Origin: an uncultured Gammaproteobacteria bacterium | GTDB taxonomy: Bacteria; Patescibacteriota; Microgenomatia; UBA10105; UBA927 | Length of the DNA: 64,000 bases | Direction of reading: 5' to 3' | Assembly (NCBI GenBank): GCA_964349125.1 | Contig: CAYGFH010000001.1 | Span: 459,502 to 523,501, forward strand | Position numbers and translations under genes: made by a program | The notes under the pieces: generated by a model | What the model was told of the DNA's origin: nothing | Seen by the model: the letters and a program-made list of their open reading frames with translations, nothing else | The model's database searches: none | In this document: positions 10,531-21,318 of the stretch, in pieces | How the letters are laid out: each line of letters opens with the position of its first letter | Position numbering within the stretch: position 1 is the first letter of the stretch

Positions 10531-11610
10531 ATGAATTTTTTTGTTAATTTCCTCGTAGCGTTCATAGCCACTTGTGCCGTGACACCTCTGGTTATATCTC
10601 TCGCAAAAAAATACAATCTGGTAGATGATCCAAAAAACAGATTTCATCCCGCCCATACTCACAAAGGCATCATACCGAGGGCAGGTGGCGCAGCAATATT
10701 TGCAGGAATATTTATTGCGACATTTATTTTCGTTCCTATGTCCAGTCTCGCGGCAAGTATTTTGATAGGGTCACTCCTATTGGTTATTGTCGGGATCATA
10801 GATGATATTCATGATGTAAACCCATATATCCGCCTTGGCACAAACGCTATAGCCGCACTTCTCGTGGTATTTTCTGGTGCGGGCGTGCCATATATCACAA
10901 ACCCGCTCGGAGGAGTTATTCATCTGGACACGATTAAAATCGTCGTCCCTTTTTTAAATAACTATACCATCTTGGTGCTTGCCGATCTTTTTGCCTTTTT
11001 GTGGATTATGTGGACGATGAATATCATAGGATGGTCTGCGGGAGTGGATGGTCAGATGCCCGGTTTTGTTGCAATCAGTGCACTGACATTAGGAATACTG
11101 TCTATGAGATTTGCAGTTCATGACATCACACAGGTCGCGGTCACCACACTCGCATTCATTGTGGCGGGTGCATTCGCGGGATTTCTTCCCTGGAATTATT
11201 TTCCTCAAAAAATTATGCCAGGCTATAGCGGGAAAACACTTGCAGGATTTTTACTCGCACTCCTAGCTATTCTCTCATATGGGAAGGTGGGAACGGCACT
11301 GTTGGTCCTAGGAGTCCCGATGATGGATGCAGTATATACGCTACTTCGAAGAATCGGATCAAAAAAATCGCCAGTACTTGCCGATCGAGGACATTTACAC
11401 CACAGATTATTGGACCTTGGATGGAGTAAAAGAAAAATCGCCTTGTTTTACTGGAGTGTGTCAGCTATACTGGGTGCGGTTGCACTAACTGTCACTAGCC
11501 AGCAAAAATTTTTCGCTTTTTTGGTAGTCGCGGTTGGGTTTGGAGGATTTTTACTATGGGTGGCATTCTTTTCTCAATTTTCAAATCCGCAAGACCAAGA
11601 CAATGGCTGA
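10531..11610 (+). CDS. polyprenyl-phosphate N-acetylhexosamine-1-phosphate transferase (WecA/TagO/MraY family, Glycos_transf_4)
   Basis: 'LVDDPKNRFHPAHTHKGIIPRAGGAAIFAG' matches the WecA cytoplasmic-loop motif (DDxxxRKxH...P..GG); 10-11 TM helices. Confidence 0.85.
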   Translation: MNFFVNFLVAFIATCAVTPLVISLAKKYNLVDDPKNRFHPAHTHKGIIPRAGGAAIFAGIFIATFIFVPMSSLAASILIGSLLLVIVGIIDDIHDVNPYIRLGTNAIAALLVVFSGAGVPYITNPLGGVIHLDTIKIVVPFLNNYTILVLADLFAFLWIMWTMNIIGWSAGVDGQMPGFVAISALTLGILSMRFAVHDITQVAVTTLAFIVAGAFAGFLPWNYFPQKIMPGYSGKTLAGFLLALLAILSYGKVGTALLVLGVPMMDAVYTLLRRIGSKKSPVLADRGHLHHRLLDLGWSKRKIALFYWSVSAILGAVALTVTSQQKFFAFLVVAVGFGGFLLWVAFFSQFSNPQDQDNG

Positions 11611-12491
11611 AGAATCTCGCGTTATTCTCGACTATTCTTGTCACCGGTCACTTATTTAACCCACAATCTTTCAATGCATCCCTATTGGGATTTATTTCGT
11701 TTTGTCTGTTATCTTCTTCAAACTATATATTTAATGATGTCATGGATGCGGATAAAGACAGAAAGCATCCGTTTAAAAAATTTCGTCCTGTGGCAAGTGG
11801 CGCTCTCTCAAAAAATGTCGCTTTAACAACATCACTTCTGTTTGCTATTGCAGGACTGGGGATTAGTTATACATTGGGTGGGACGTTCTTCTTCCTCTCT
11901 GTGGTATTTATCGCTCTGGAGTATTCATATACGCTGTACTTTAAGCATGTATCAGTAATCGATATATTGGCTATTACGACCGCGTACTTTATCCGTGTCT
12001 ACGCTGGTGAAGCTGCCACAGGGTATCATATATCTGTCTGGCTGGCACTAGCGGTATTGTCACTAGCCTTGTTTCTTGCCATTGGAAAAAGGAGAGCGGA
12101 GCTTACACTTATGCAGGGATATAAGGTTGGAGCCAGTGATACCAGAGCCAGCCTGTCACATTACTCAGAAAAGCTACTGGATACATACACTGCAATGTTT
12201 GCTAACTCCACGTTCATTACCTACTCGTTTTACACATTTTTGGAAAAGCCGGTTATGCAGGGATTGTTTTTCCGCGGGTACAGTGAGTTTGCCGCAGATT
12301 TGCCCGGTCGGAAATGGATGATGCTTACTATTCCGTTTGTACTCTACGGTATTATGCGGTACATGCAATTGATTTACGAGGGCAAAGGAGAATCACCGGA
12401 ACAAATCCTTACTTCTGATATGCCACTGCTCACAACCGTTATTCTCTGGTCTATTACGGTGCTTCTGGTTGTCTACGGTATAGGAGGATAA
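11556..12491 (+). CDS. UbiA-family prenyltransferase, decaprenyl-phosphate 5-phosphoribosyltransferase-like (DPPR synthase)
   Basis: N-terminal 'ARPRQWLKNLALF' signature of Rv3806c-type enzymes, Asp-rich motif 'NDVMDADKDRKHP', 8-9 TM helices; 55-nt overlap with the upstream gene. Confidence 0.8.
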   Translation: MGGILFSIFKSARPRQWLKNLALFSTILVTGHLFNPQSFNASLLGFISFCLLSSSNYIFNDVMDADKDRKHPFKKFRPVASGALSKNVALTTSLLFAIAGLGISYTLGGTFFFLSVVFIALEYSYTLYFKHVSVIDILAITTAYFIRVYAGEAATGYHISVWLALAVLSLALFLAIGKRRAELTLMQGYKVGASDTRASLSHYSEKLLDTYTAMFANSTFITYSFYTFLEKPVMQGLFFRGYSEFAADLPGRKWMMLTIPFVLYGIMRYMQLIYEGKGESPEQILTSDMPLLTTVILWSITVLLVVYGIGG

Positions 12492-12578
12492 ACGGGTTCT
12501 ACATCAATAAATCTTGGAATGTTGCAATCACATCTCTCATACTTTTTGTGAAGGACGTACTTAATTAAGAGGCGGTGC

Positions 12579-13496
12579 TTACTCTACTTTATCAGCGTAT
12601 TGTCCTGATACCCATCCCGTGTTTTTTCCGTCAAACTTAATTTCATACCAGCCACTCTTGGTGTCCAGAAGCGAGAATTTCTCGCCGGGGTTCACTCTCC
12701 CTGCCTCTGATGCCGAGGTAGACGGTTCAATCCGTACTCGAAGGAATCCAGTTGGCGTGTCTTTGATAACGACAAATGGTTTTTCTGGGTCAAGTGTGGT
12801 TGAACCGTTTTTCACTGTCGGAGTCGGTGTGAGTTTTCCGGTAGGTGATACTTTTTCTGTGGGTGTGACAGTCAGTGAGGCAGATTCCGAAGCGGTTTCG
12901 GAGGCTGCGAGATTTTGTGCTGAGCCCGACAACGCCAGCTTCAAGTTGGCAATTACTCTATAGCCCGCCGTGGTTTTAATCTTAATTGATCTAGTAAGGA
13001 ATCCTATGTTTGTGACGCTGATGGAATGATCTCCCGGGGATATATCCTGAACTGATAGTGGCGTCACGCCGCGCGAGACATCGTCAACCAGGATGGTAGC
13101 TCCATCAGGTGTTGTTGTGACTGACAGCTCAGATTGCTTACTGGTTATTTTCTCCAACCAAACGACATCAACAGCGGTGGTCAGATCAGTGTCGCTCAGG
13201 TTCGCATTTACGAAGGTAAGCAGATTCTGTCCGACAGCAATTTTCCCCTGCCATGTCGCAAGTTGGCTAGCAGTGGAGTCAGACACCAATTTTATCGTAT
13301 ATTCGCCGGTGGCGACTTTATCTTTATAAGGAGTCTTTCCGATATTTTTATTATCCAGGAATACGGTCGCGGGGGTTTGGCTGTCCACACGTAGCTCTCC
13401 GTATTTAGGACCGCGATTGCTTAAAAAACGGACGAGAGTGAATCCAAGAATCAAGATTCCGAGTATCCCCACTATGAATAGTATCTTACGCTTCAT
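12579..13496 (-). CDS. membrane-anchored PEGA-repeat protein with C-terminal SH3b-like domain
   Basis: Signal-anchor 'ILFIVGILGILILGF', two PEGA-like repeats ('IGKTPYKDKVATGEYTIKL', 'SRGVTPLSVQDISPGDHSISV'), C-terminal 'GWYEIKFDGKNTGWVSG' SH3b-like; start set at the Met preceding the TM helix. Confidence 0.6.
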   Translation of the reverse strand: MKRKILFIVGILGILILGFTLVRFLSNRGPKYGELRVDSQTPATVFLDNKNIGKTPYKDKVATGEYTIKLVSDSTASQLATWQGKIAVGQNLLTFVNANLSDTDLTTAVDVVWLEKITSKQSELSVTTTPDGATILVDDVSRGVTPLSVQDISPGDHSISVTNIGFLTRSIKIKTTAGYRVIANLKLALSGSAQNLAASETASESASLTVTPTEKVSPTGKLTPTPTVKNGSTTLDPEKPFVVIKDTPTGFLRVRIEPSTSASEAGRVNPGEKFSLLDTKSGWYEIKFDGKNTGWVSGQYADKVE

Positions 13497-13535
13497 GAGA
13501 GTTACATCATAGCACATCAAATCAGCTTGAAGCAA

Positions 13536-14266
13536 TTATTTGAGGCTATACCCACCATCCACCACGAGCATTTCGCCAGTGATATAACTTGCATCCTGGG
13601 ACGCCATAAATGCCACAGCTTTTGCAATCTCTTCGGGATCTGCAATCCGCTTCAGTGGAGTTTGCTCTGTGAAGTATGTGATCAACTCCGGTCCTGCGCT
13701 TTTTGTCATATCGGTCTTTACGTTACTTGGGGCAACGGCATTCACACGGATACCGGGTGCCAATTCTTTGGCAAATGATTTCGTAAGGGTTATCAGTCCG
13801 CCTTTCGCGCTCGTGTACGCGATGACGGGTGCCGCACCCAAAAATCCGTATACCGATGATATGTTTACGATAGTTCCTCCAGTTTTTTGCATATGTGGCG
13901 CAACTCACGGATCATAAGCCATGCGCTCGTCAGATTTGAATCGATCGTATGGTTCCAGGCGCTCACATCTGTCTTCCAACCGCGTTCTCCTATCTCGCCT
14001 GCGTTATTTACGAGCACATCTATCCTCCCGTAGGTATCCATAACCCGTGATACCAATGACGCCACATCACTTTGGTTTGATACATCGGCTTGTATCGCAA
14101 CTGCATGTTCCTTGCCTATTGTTTTCACCACCTCTTGGGCCAAAAGTTTGTTGGACTTATAGTTCACGACTACGGTAGCTCCCTCCTGTCCCAATTGTAG
14201 AGCGGTAGACCTCCCTATTCCCCGCGATCCTCCCGTAACAATCGCTATCTTATTTTTGAACCTCAT
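13536..14266 (-). pseudogene. short-chain dehydrogenase/reductase (FabG-like) interrupted by a -1 frameshift in an A6 homopolymer (could be a sequencing error)
   Basis: N-terminal ORF (13865-14305) carries the Rossmann 'TGGSRGIG' and 'NNAG' motifs. C-terminal ORF (13536-13892) carries the catalytic 'YTSAKGG' (YxxxK) motif. They overlap at 13865-13892; adding one A to the A-run at 13883-13888 (minus-strand view) gives a continuous '...RHICKKTGGTIVNISS...'. Confidence 0.6.
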
Positions 14267-14597
14267 ACCCCTCCATTTCGCTGACCAACCACTGATAATA
14301 TGCACCTGATATGTTATCTACCCGTAGGGAAAATATACACGGATTTGAGTCACTGTGCAGTTGTTTTACTTCTGTTTCTATGGACTGAAATTTTGATGTT
14401 ACTGATTTAAGAAGCAGTACGGCACCGTGTATCACCTCTTCAATTTCTCCGCTCTTTGGTGGCCAAAATGCAGCCGACTGCATATCTGGCAGAATATTGT
14501 AACAGGGCGCAAGTCGCTTTTTCATCACTGCCAATCCGATCTTTTTTGCTTCTTCGATAGCTACGCAGGGAATGTATATCACAATCATTGTATCCAT
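14250..14597 (-). CDS. cutA: divalent-cation tolerance protein CutA
   Basis: 115 aa; 'LAPCYNILPDMQSAAFW ... YQWL' matches CutA1 family pattern. Confidence 0.8.
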   Translation of the reverse strand: MDTMIVIYIPCVAIEEAKKIGLAVMKKRLAPCYNILPDMQSAAFWPPKSGEIEEVIHGAVLLLKSVTSKFQSIETEVKQLHSDSNPCIFSLRVDNISGAYYQWLVSEMEGYEVQK

Positions 14598-14600
14598 AGA

Positions 14601-15980
14601 TTATTTTGCAACACAAATATACTTCAATTGCGCCAGTTCCCGAAAGCCTTCAATACCATATTCGCGACCGAGCCCGCTTTTTTTGTATCCCCCGATAGGA
14701 CTGTCGGGATTATAAGAAATATCCATATTAACGGATATCCCACCAGCCTGTATCTGCGAAGCGACTCGGTTTGCTTTGCTGAGATCTCTGGTAAAAATTT
14801 CCGCTGTCAATCCATACGGAGTCTTATTGGCAAACTCAACTGCCTCTTGTTCCGTTTCAAATGGAATAATAGGTAACACGGGGCCGAAAACCTCTTCAGT
14901 CAGTACTCGCATGTCTGGTGCTATATTCGTCAAGATTGTCGGAAGAAAGTAATTGCCGTTCAACATCGTTAAATCAGTTGGTTTCATTCCTCCTACCACA
15001 ATATGCGCGCCTTTTTGTACAGCGTCATCAACTTGAGATACTAACAGCTCAAGTTGTTTTTTTGTTACCAATGGCCCAAACTCAACATCCCCTTCGGGAT
15101 TCCCAATTCGGGGATTTTGAATTGTTTTGGCAAGTGCAGCTACAAATTGGTCAAAGAGAGATTTTTCTACGTATAATCGTTTCACAGAAGAGCACACTTG
15201 TCCGCTATTAAAGTAGCGAGCTGATTTGATGGTTGCCACTGTTTTTTCCACATCACAATCTGCAAACACTATAGCTGGAGAGGATCCTCCAAGTTCCAAT
15301 AATGGCTTTATAAATTTTTCTGCGCATTTTTTATAAATCTGTTGGCCTACTGCTGTGCTTCCGGTAAACCATATCAGATCAATATCGCTGTCAATGAGTG
15401 CTGCTCCTACATCGCCGGCCCCGATGACACACTGCAAAACTCCTTCCGGAAGCCCGGTCTGATTAAACAGATCAACAAACAGTTTTTGAGAAAGTGTAGA
15501 ATTTTCTGATGGTTTGAATATCACAGTATTTCCGGCAAGAAGTTGTGCAGTTATGCCCGTAGATGCCATGGTAATCGGAAAATTCCAGGGTGCAATAGAT
15601 GCACAAACACCCCAGGGCTCATATACCGTTTTATAAATGGCAGTGGCATCCTCTTTTACAATTGTTTCTCCCAGTGCCTTCTGAACGTTATCAGCGTACC
15701 ATTTGATAAATTCAACTTCAAATTCTATATCTTCACGAGCTTCATGAAGCGGCTTACCCATTTCCCGGGTAGTGAGTAGCGCAATCTCGTCTTTCTTTTG
15801 GCTCAACAAATTAGTGAGTTTCCGTGCATACGATGCACGTTTATCCATTGAAACATTCTTCCAGGATTGAAATGCTTTTTTTGAAGTTGACACGATCATC
15901 GCTAATTCTTCTGATGAGGTTACGGAAGTTTCTCCGACTACTTCCTGCGTTGCAGGATTTATTGATTGTATTGTATTCAT
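14601..15980 (-). CDS. NAD(P)+-dependent aldehyde dehydrogenase
   Basis: ALDH glutamate motif 'ELGGSSP', catalytic Cys motif 'GQVCSSVKRLYV', NAD-binding 'FTGST'; start set at the second Met to avoid overlap with the upstream gene. Confidence 0.9.
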   Translation of the reverse strand: MNTIQSINPATQEVVGETSVTSSEELAMIVSTSKKAFQSWKNVSMDKRASYARKLTNLLSQKKDEIALLTTREMGKPLHEAREDIEFEVEFIKWYADNVQKALGETIVKEDATAIYKTVYEPWGVCASIAPWNFPITMASTGITAQLLAGNTVIFKPSENSTLSQKLFVDLFNQTGLPEGVLQCVIGAGDVGAALIDSDIDLIWFTGSTAVGQQIYKKCAEKFIKPLLELGGSSPAIVFADCDVEKTVATIKSARYFNSGQVCSSVKRLYVEKSLFDQFVAALAKTIQNPRIGNPEGDVEFGPLVTKKQLELLVSQVDDAVQKGAHIVVGGMKPTDLTMLNGNYFLPTILTNIAPDMRVLTEEVFGPVLPIIPFETEQEAVEFANKTPYGLTAEIFTRDLSKANRVASQIQAGGISVNMDISYNPDSPIGGYKKSGLGREYGIEGFRELAQLKYICVAK

Positions 15981-15988
15981 ATGTGCAA

Positions 15989-16861
15989 TTATAGCCCTTT
16001 CATCCATTCAATAATACATTTTGCGAGTATTTTTTCTTTCCCATCAAACCCGTGATTCGCATCAGAAATAATAACGCTTTTATAGCTCGAGGACTTTTGA
16101 TGACTATCAAACTGTTTTTTAATAGTCGCAATATCTCTATCGGCAAGTGTATCCTCCTCTCCGAAAATTACTAATAGTGGCTGGAGAATACGAGAAAATC
16201 GCTCGAGACACGGCTCAGAATCGCCATAGTCAAAAACATCCTCCTGTGATCTTTTAGAAATCAGACTTAAAAATCGGTTAACTGTACCGGGGAAATACGC
16301 ACTGGTGGTAATTAATCTTTCTCCCAATCCTAACAACTGTAATAAATGCAAATACAGTTTCTTATGAAACGCGATATTCGCTGTCAATCTGTCGGATAAT
16401 GGTGATAAAAGTACAACACCTTTTATGTTAGGATTTCTTGAAGATGTACTAACATATACCGCTTTATTCGCGCCCGTACTTGAACCTATCAAAAATATCT
16501 CTGTAAACCCTTTAGAAACCAGGAATGCAATTGATGCTTCAATGTCATAAATAGACTCTTCGAAATGCTCTACGCCTGATCCGACAGTTGTATATGAATA
16601 TCCTGATTTGCTTTTTTTATCCAGACGATGAGCACTCGCTAACATATCATGTCCACGATTATTAAAAGATGCAAAACCGATCCCGAAGGTATCGCAGAGA
16701 GTAACTATTTCATCAATTCTTTTAATACTGCTATAAAAATTGCTCGTTAATCCGTGAATCCATAAGAATGCTCTTTTACCTCGTTTTTTGGGACAAAAAT
16801 ACATCCCATGATGAATGATTCCGTCACTTGTTTGTATTTCCGAGATTAAGAATGGTTTCAT
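15989..16861 (-). CDS. alpha/beta-fold hydrolase (serine esterase-like)
   Basis: 290 aa, 'WIHGLTSNFY' oxyanion region, nucleophile elbow 'GSSTG', C-terminal His. Confidence 0.7.
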   Translation of the reverse strand: MKPFLISEIQTSDGIIHHGMYFCPKKRGKRAFLWIHGLTSNFYSSIKRIDEIVTLCDTFGIGFASFNNRGHDMLASAHRLDKKSKSGYSYTTVGSGVEHFEESIYDIEASIAFLVSKGFTEIFLIGSSTGANKAVYVSTSSRNPNIKGVVLLSPLSDRLTANIAFHKKLYLHLLQLLGLGERLITTSAYFPGTVNRFLSLISKRSQEDVFDYGDSEPCLERFSRILQPLLVIFGEEDTLADRDIATIKKQFDSHQKSSSYKSVIISDANHGFDGKEKILAKCIIEWMKGL

Positions 16862-17090
16862 ACACTACGCTTTTTTAACCATAACCCGCCAGTAACTAGT
16901 AGATAGAATATCATATGAATACTAATTGTGAGAAATACGTATCCGTTTAGTATGAGGTATCCGAATACTATCCACATCGGGATACTCCAATAGACAAAAA
17001 ATATCGTTTCTTTTTTTCCATAAACAACAGGTTGGCAACGTGAAGCACTATGTTACCTATGAAAAACCAAAATAATTTTTGTATATCTGA

Positions 17091-17525
17091 TTACCCCTGC
17101 AGTACCACGGAGAGCACATACACAAAGAGTCCCTGCTGACAGAGAATTTCAAAATACTTGGCAAATACCACGCTTGGAGTGAAATACAACAAAAAATTTG
17201 GAGACGATTCTGACATGAGTTTTTTGGGCTCTTTTCCATACCGGCGTACTATCCACGGAAATGCAAACCATACAGCTGTTGTGAGAATAAATAGCGGGAT
17301 AAGCGAATAATTAACCGACAAAGATTGCCATGAAGGGATAAAAAATATGAGCACAAAGGCGCACATCCAAACGCCCACGAATATCGCATATTTCGGTTGA
17401 GTTGCGATCCGACGCTTATTCGCACGCGACTTATAAACCAGGTTTGCCAGAGATATGCAGAGAAGCGCGTATACAATAGTGTTCATGCTGGTAGCATTGC
17501 AAAAGCGTTCCCTATCATCTGACAA
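17091..17525 (-). CDS. membrane protein, unknown function
   Basis: 144 aa, 3-4 TM helices, 11-nt overlap with upstream CPBP gene. Confidence 0.4.
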   Translation of the reverse strand: MSDDRERFCNATSMNTIVYALLCISLANLVYKSRANKRRIATQPKYAIFVGVWMCAFVLIFFIPSWQSLSVNYSLIPLFILTTAVWFAFPWIVRRYGKEPKKLMSESSPNFLLYFTPSVVFAKYFEILCQQGLFVYVLSVVLQG

Positions 17526-18153
17526 TCCAGTTTGTGAAGTTCCAGAGTGTGTGGGCTATAACCGTTGGAATTATTGACCCTGTTTCCAGAAATATGTACC
17601 CATAAAAAAATCCCAATATTCCCAACTGCATCGAATACAGCAAGGCATCAGAGACACCATAGTGCAAGACAAATAAAATAATCGGCACATGGATTAACAC
17701 AAAGACTATCGCTTGAAGTATCGTGGCGACTAATGCACCTGCCGTTATATCTGCTATACGCCTGGTGAAGTATCCTCTATAGACCAGTTCTTCACTAAAC
17801 CCGGTGGCAAGAGAGATAAAAAAAGGCAACAGCGAGCCCTGTAGAGATATGCTGAGTGATCCGTATTTCAGCCGCTGCATAAGCAGTGACTCCGCGACCA
17901 AAAATGCTCCGGCAGCAAGTCCGATACCGATATGAAACAGTGGTGTTTTTGATCCGATGGAGAGTGAGGACAGTGATTTCTTTTCCAGAAATACGACAGT
18001 GAGAATAATAGGCAGTATCTGAAGCAGCGGTTTGGCTATAAACTCATCCACCCATTCTGGAGAAGTTACGAAATATCGGTAGAGTGTCCAGGAAATAAGT
18101 ATAACGATATATACATATATCCATTGATATTTTCCTGAAGTGAATGTGGACAT
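17515..18153 (-). CDS. CPBP-family intramembrane metalloprotease (CAAX protease/Abi)
   Basis: Polytopic; motif 1 'FSEELVYRGYF' (EExxxR), motif 'FVLIHV', C-terminal 'AHTLWN'. Confidence 0.75.
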   Translation of the reverse strand: MSTFTSGKYQWIYVYIVILISWTLYRYFVTSPEWVDEFIAKPLLQILPIILTVVFLEKKSLSSLSIGSKTPLFHIGIGLAAGAFLVAESLLMQRLKYGSLSISLQGSLLPFFISLATGFSEELVYRGYFTRRIADITAGALVATILQAIVFVLIHVPIILFVLHYGVSDALLYSMQLGILGFFYGYIFLETGSIIPTVIAHTLWNFTNWIVR

Positions 18154-18240
18154 AGTTTGAGTATATCAAACATCAAATCATCATAATCCGGGAGTATAAC
18201 AATGCCACCTCGGAGGTGGTATTCTGTATTTGATTTCCAC

Positions 18241-18266
18241 CAAAACCCCGCCTTTCGGCGGGGATT
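18241..18266 (-). terminator. rho-independent terminator downstream of groEL
   Basis: Perfect 7-bp stem 'ccccgcc/ggcgggg' (18245-18262) with 4-nt loop; on the minus strand it is followed by a T-run; second hairpin 'ccacctcggaggtgg' at 18205-18219. Confidence 0.55.
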
Positions 18267-18303
18267 TGGTTAATTACGTTTTAGTATCTTTTTTTGGATT
18301 AGA

Positions 18304-20278
<1,975 letters not shown>

Positions 20279-20415
20279 AAAGACCTCCTTATTTTGGTAA
20301 TTCGATATGCAAATGTACAAATCTAATTGGTATAGCGCGCTAAAGTCTACCAACAGATTTTTTCACTCACATCTCGATATTTTTACGTTATCACTCAATC
20401 GAAGTGACTGCTATT

Positions 20416-21315
20416 TTATCTGCAGTAAAATACAATGTCAAGGGGTATGTTCCGCTTTTTTAATCGTTTTTCCAGAGCTTTTTTAATCCACACTCTTGCA
20501 TCACGAGGATGAAACCGTAACACGCTATTAGTCACAATTTCGTTCGTCCGTCGCTTCGACATATACCATAGTTGAGCATAACGAGCAGGCAACTCAAAAC
20601 ACCGAAGGATAGTTCGAGAGACATGTGTCCACCAGTGTGAAACTTTCGGATGTTGGTTACGACCGACTTTCTTTATATCCCACGCAACCGGAAGATATTG
20701 TTTTGTCCAACTGTTTGCCTGCAAGAACCTTCTATAGGTATCTTTTCGTGACCAAAGCGGCTCCATTTGGAGGACTTCATGTGCTGAAAACAAATCCTGT
20801 TCAGAGACAGGAATTTGCATACTATCGTCCCCAATAAACATATTTAGGCAAATAAGATTCGAGACGCGGCGGATCCCTGGAGTACGCCGTTTTGCAAATA
20901 GCGCCGCTATAATTGTTACCAACAATCTGGTAATCCAAACTGTGCCACTGGAAGTTATGAAAAAAAGATCAATATCATCAGTGACAGCTGCATTATTTAC
21001 GGCAAGACCCCCTGTCACACCAACCAAATATATAGTTGGGATAATGCGGAATTTAGCGGCGATCTCGCGGGCGATTTTCCATTTCTGTTTTGAATGATCC
21101 CGACGCTTAATATATGTTTGTACAATGTCATCACGACCTTTAAGGAAACGGAAATAATTACTTTTCTTTACACCTCTTATGACTCTGTTTCTGATATTTT
21201 TCCCCGGCACGTATCTGATACTCCGGAAATAAATATCATCATCAGTTAGTGGATAATCGAATATATCCGCATAACACACTGTCGCGTACAAATAGTCTGC
21301 TCGTGATAAACGCAT
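20416..21315 (-). CDS. hypothetical protein with Pol-beta-type nucleotidyltransferase motif
   Basis: 299 aa; 'VGVTGGLAVNNAAVTDDIDLFFIT' fits minimal NTase motif hG[GS]-x10-DhDh; no other recognisable domain. Confidence 0.4.
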   Translation of the reverse strand: MRLSRADYLYATVCYADIFDYPLTDDDIYFRSIRYVPGKNIRNRVIRGVKKSNYFRFLKGRDDIVQTYIKRRDHSKQKWKIAREIAAKFRIIPTIYLVGVTGGLAVNNAAVTDDIDLFFITSSGTVWITRLLVTIIAALFAKRRTPGIRRVSNLICLNMFIGDDSMQIPVSEQDLFSAHEVLQMEPLWSRKDTYRRFLQANSWTKQYLPVAWDIKKVGRNQHPKVSHWWTHVSRTILRCFELPARYAQLWYMSKRRTNEIVTNSVLRFHPRDARVWIKKALEKRLKKRNIPLDIVFYCR

Positions 21316-21318
21316 ACC

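Noticed and set aside
20279-20415. Looked for an HrcA CIRCE element (TTAGCACTC-N9-GAGTGCTAA) upstream of groES
   Set aside because: No match to the inverted repeat. The nearest is 'tcactcaatcgaagtgactg', which does not fit the consensus. Heat-shock regulation is probably not HrcA/CIRCE-based, or the element is divergent.
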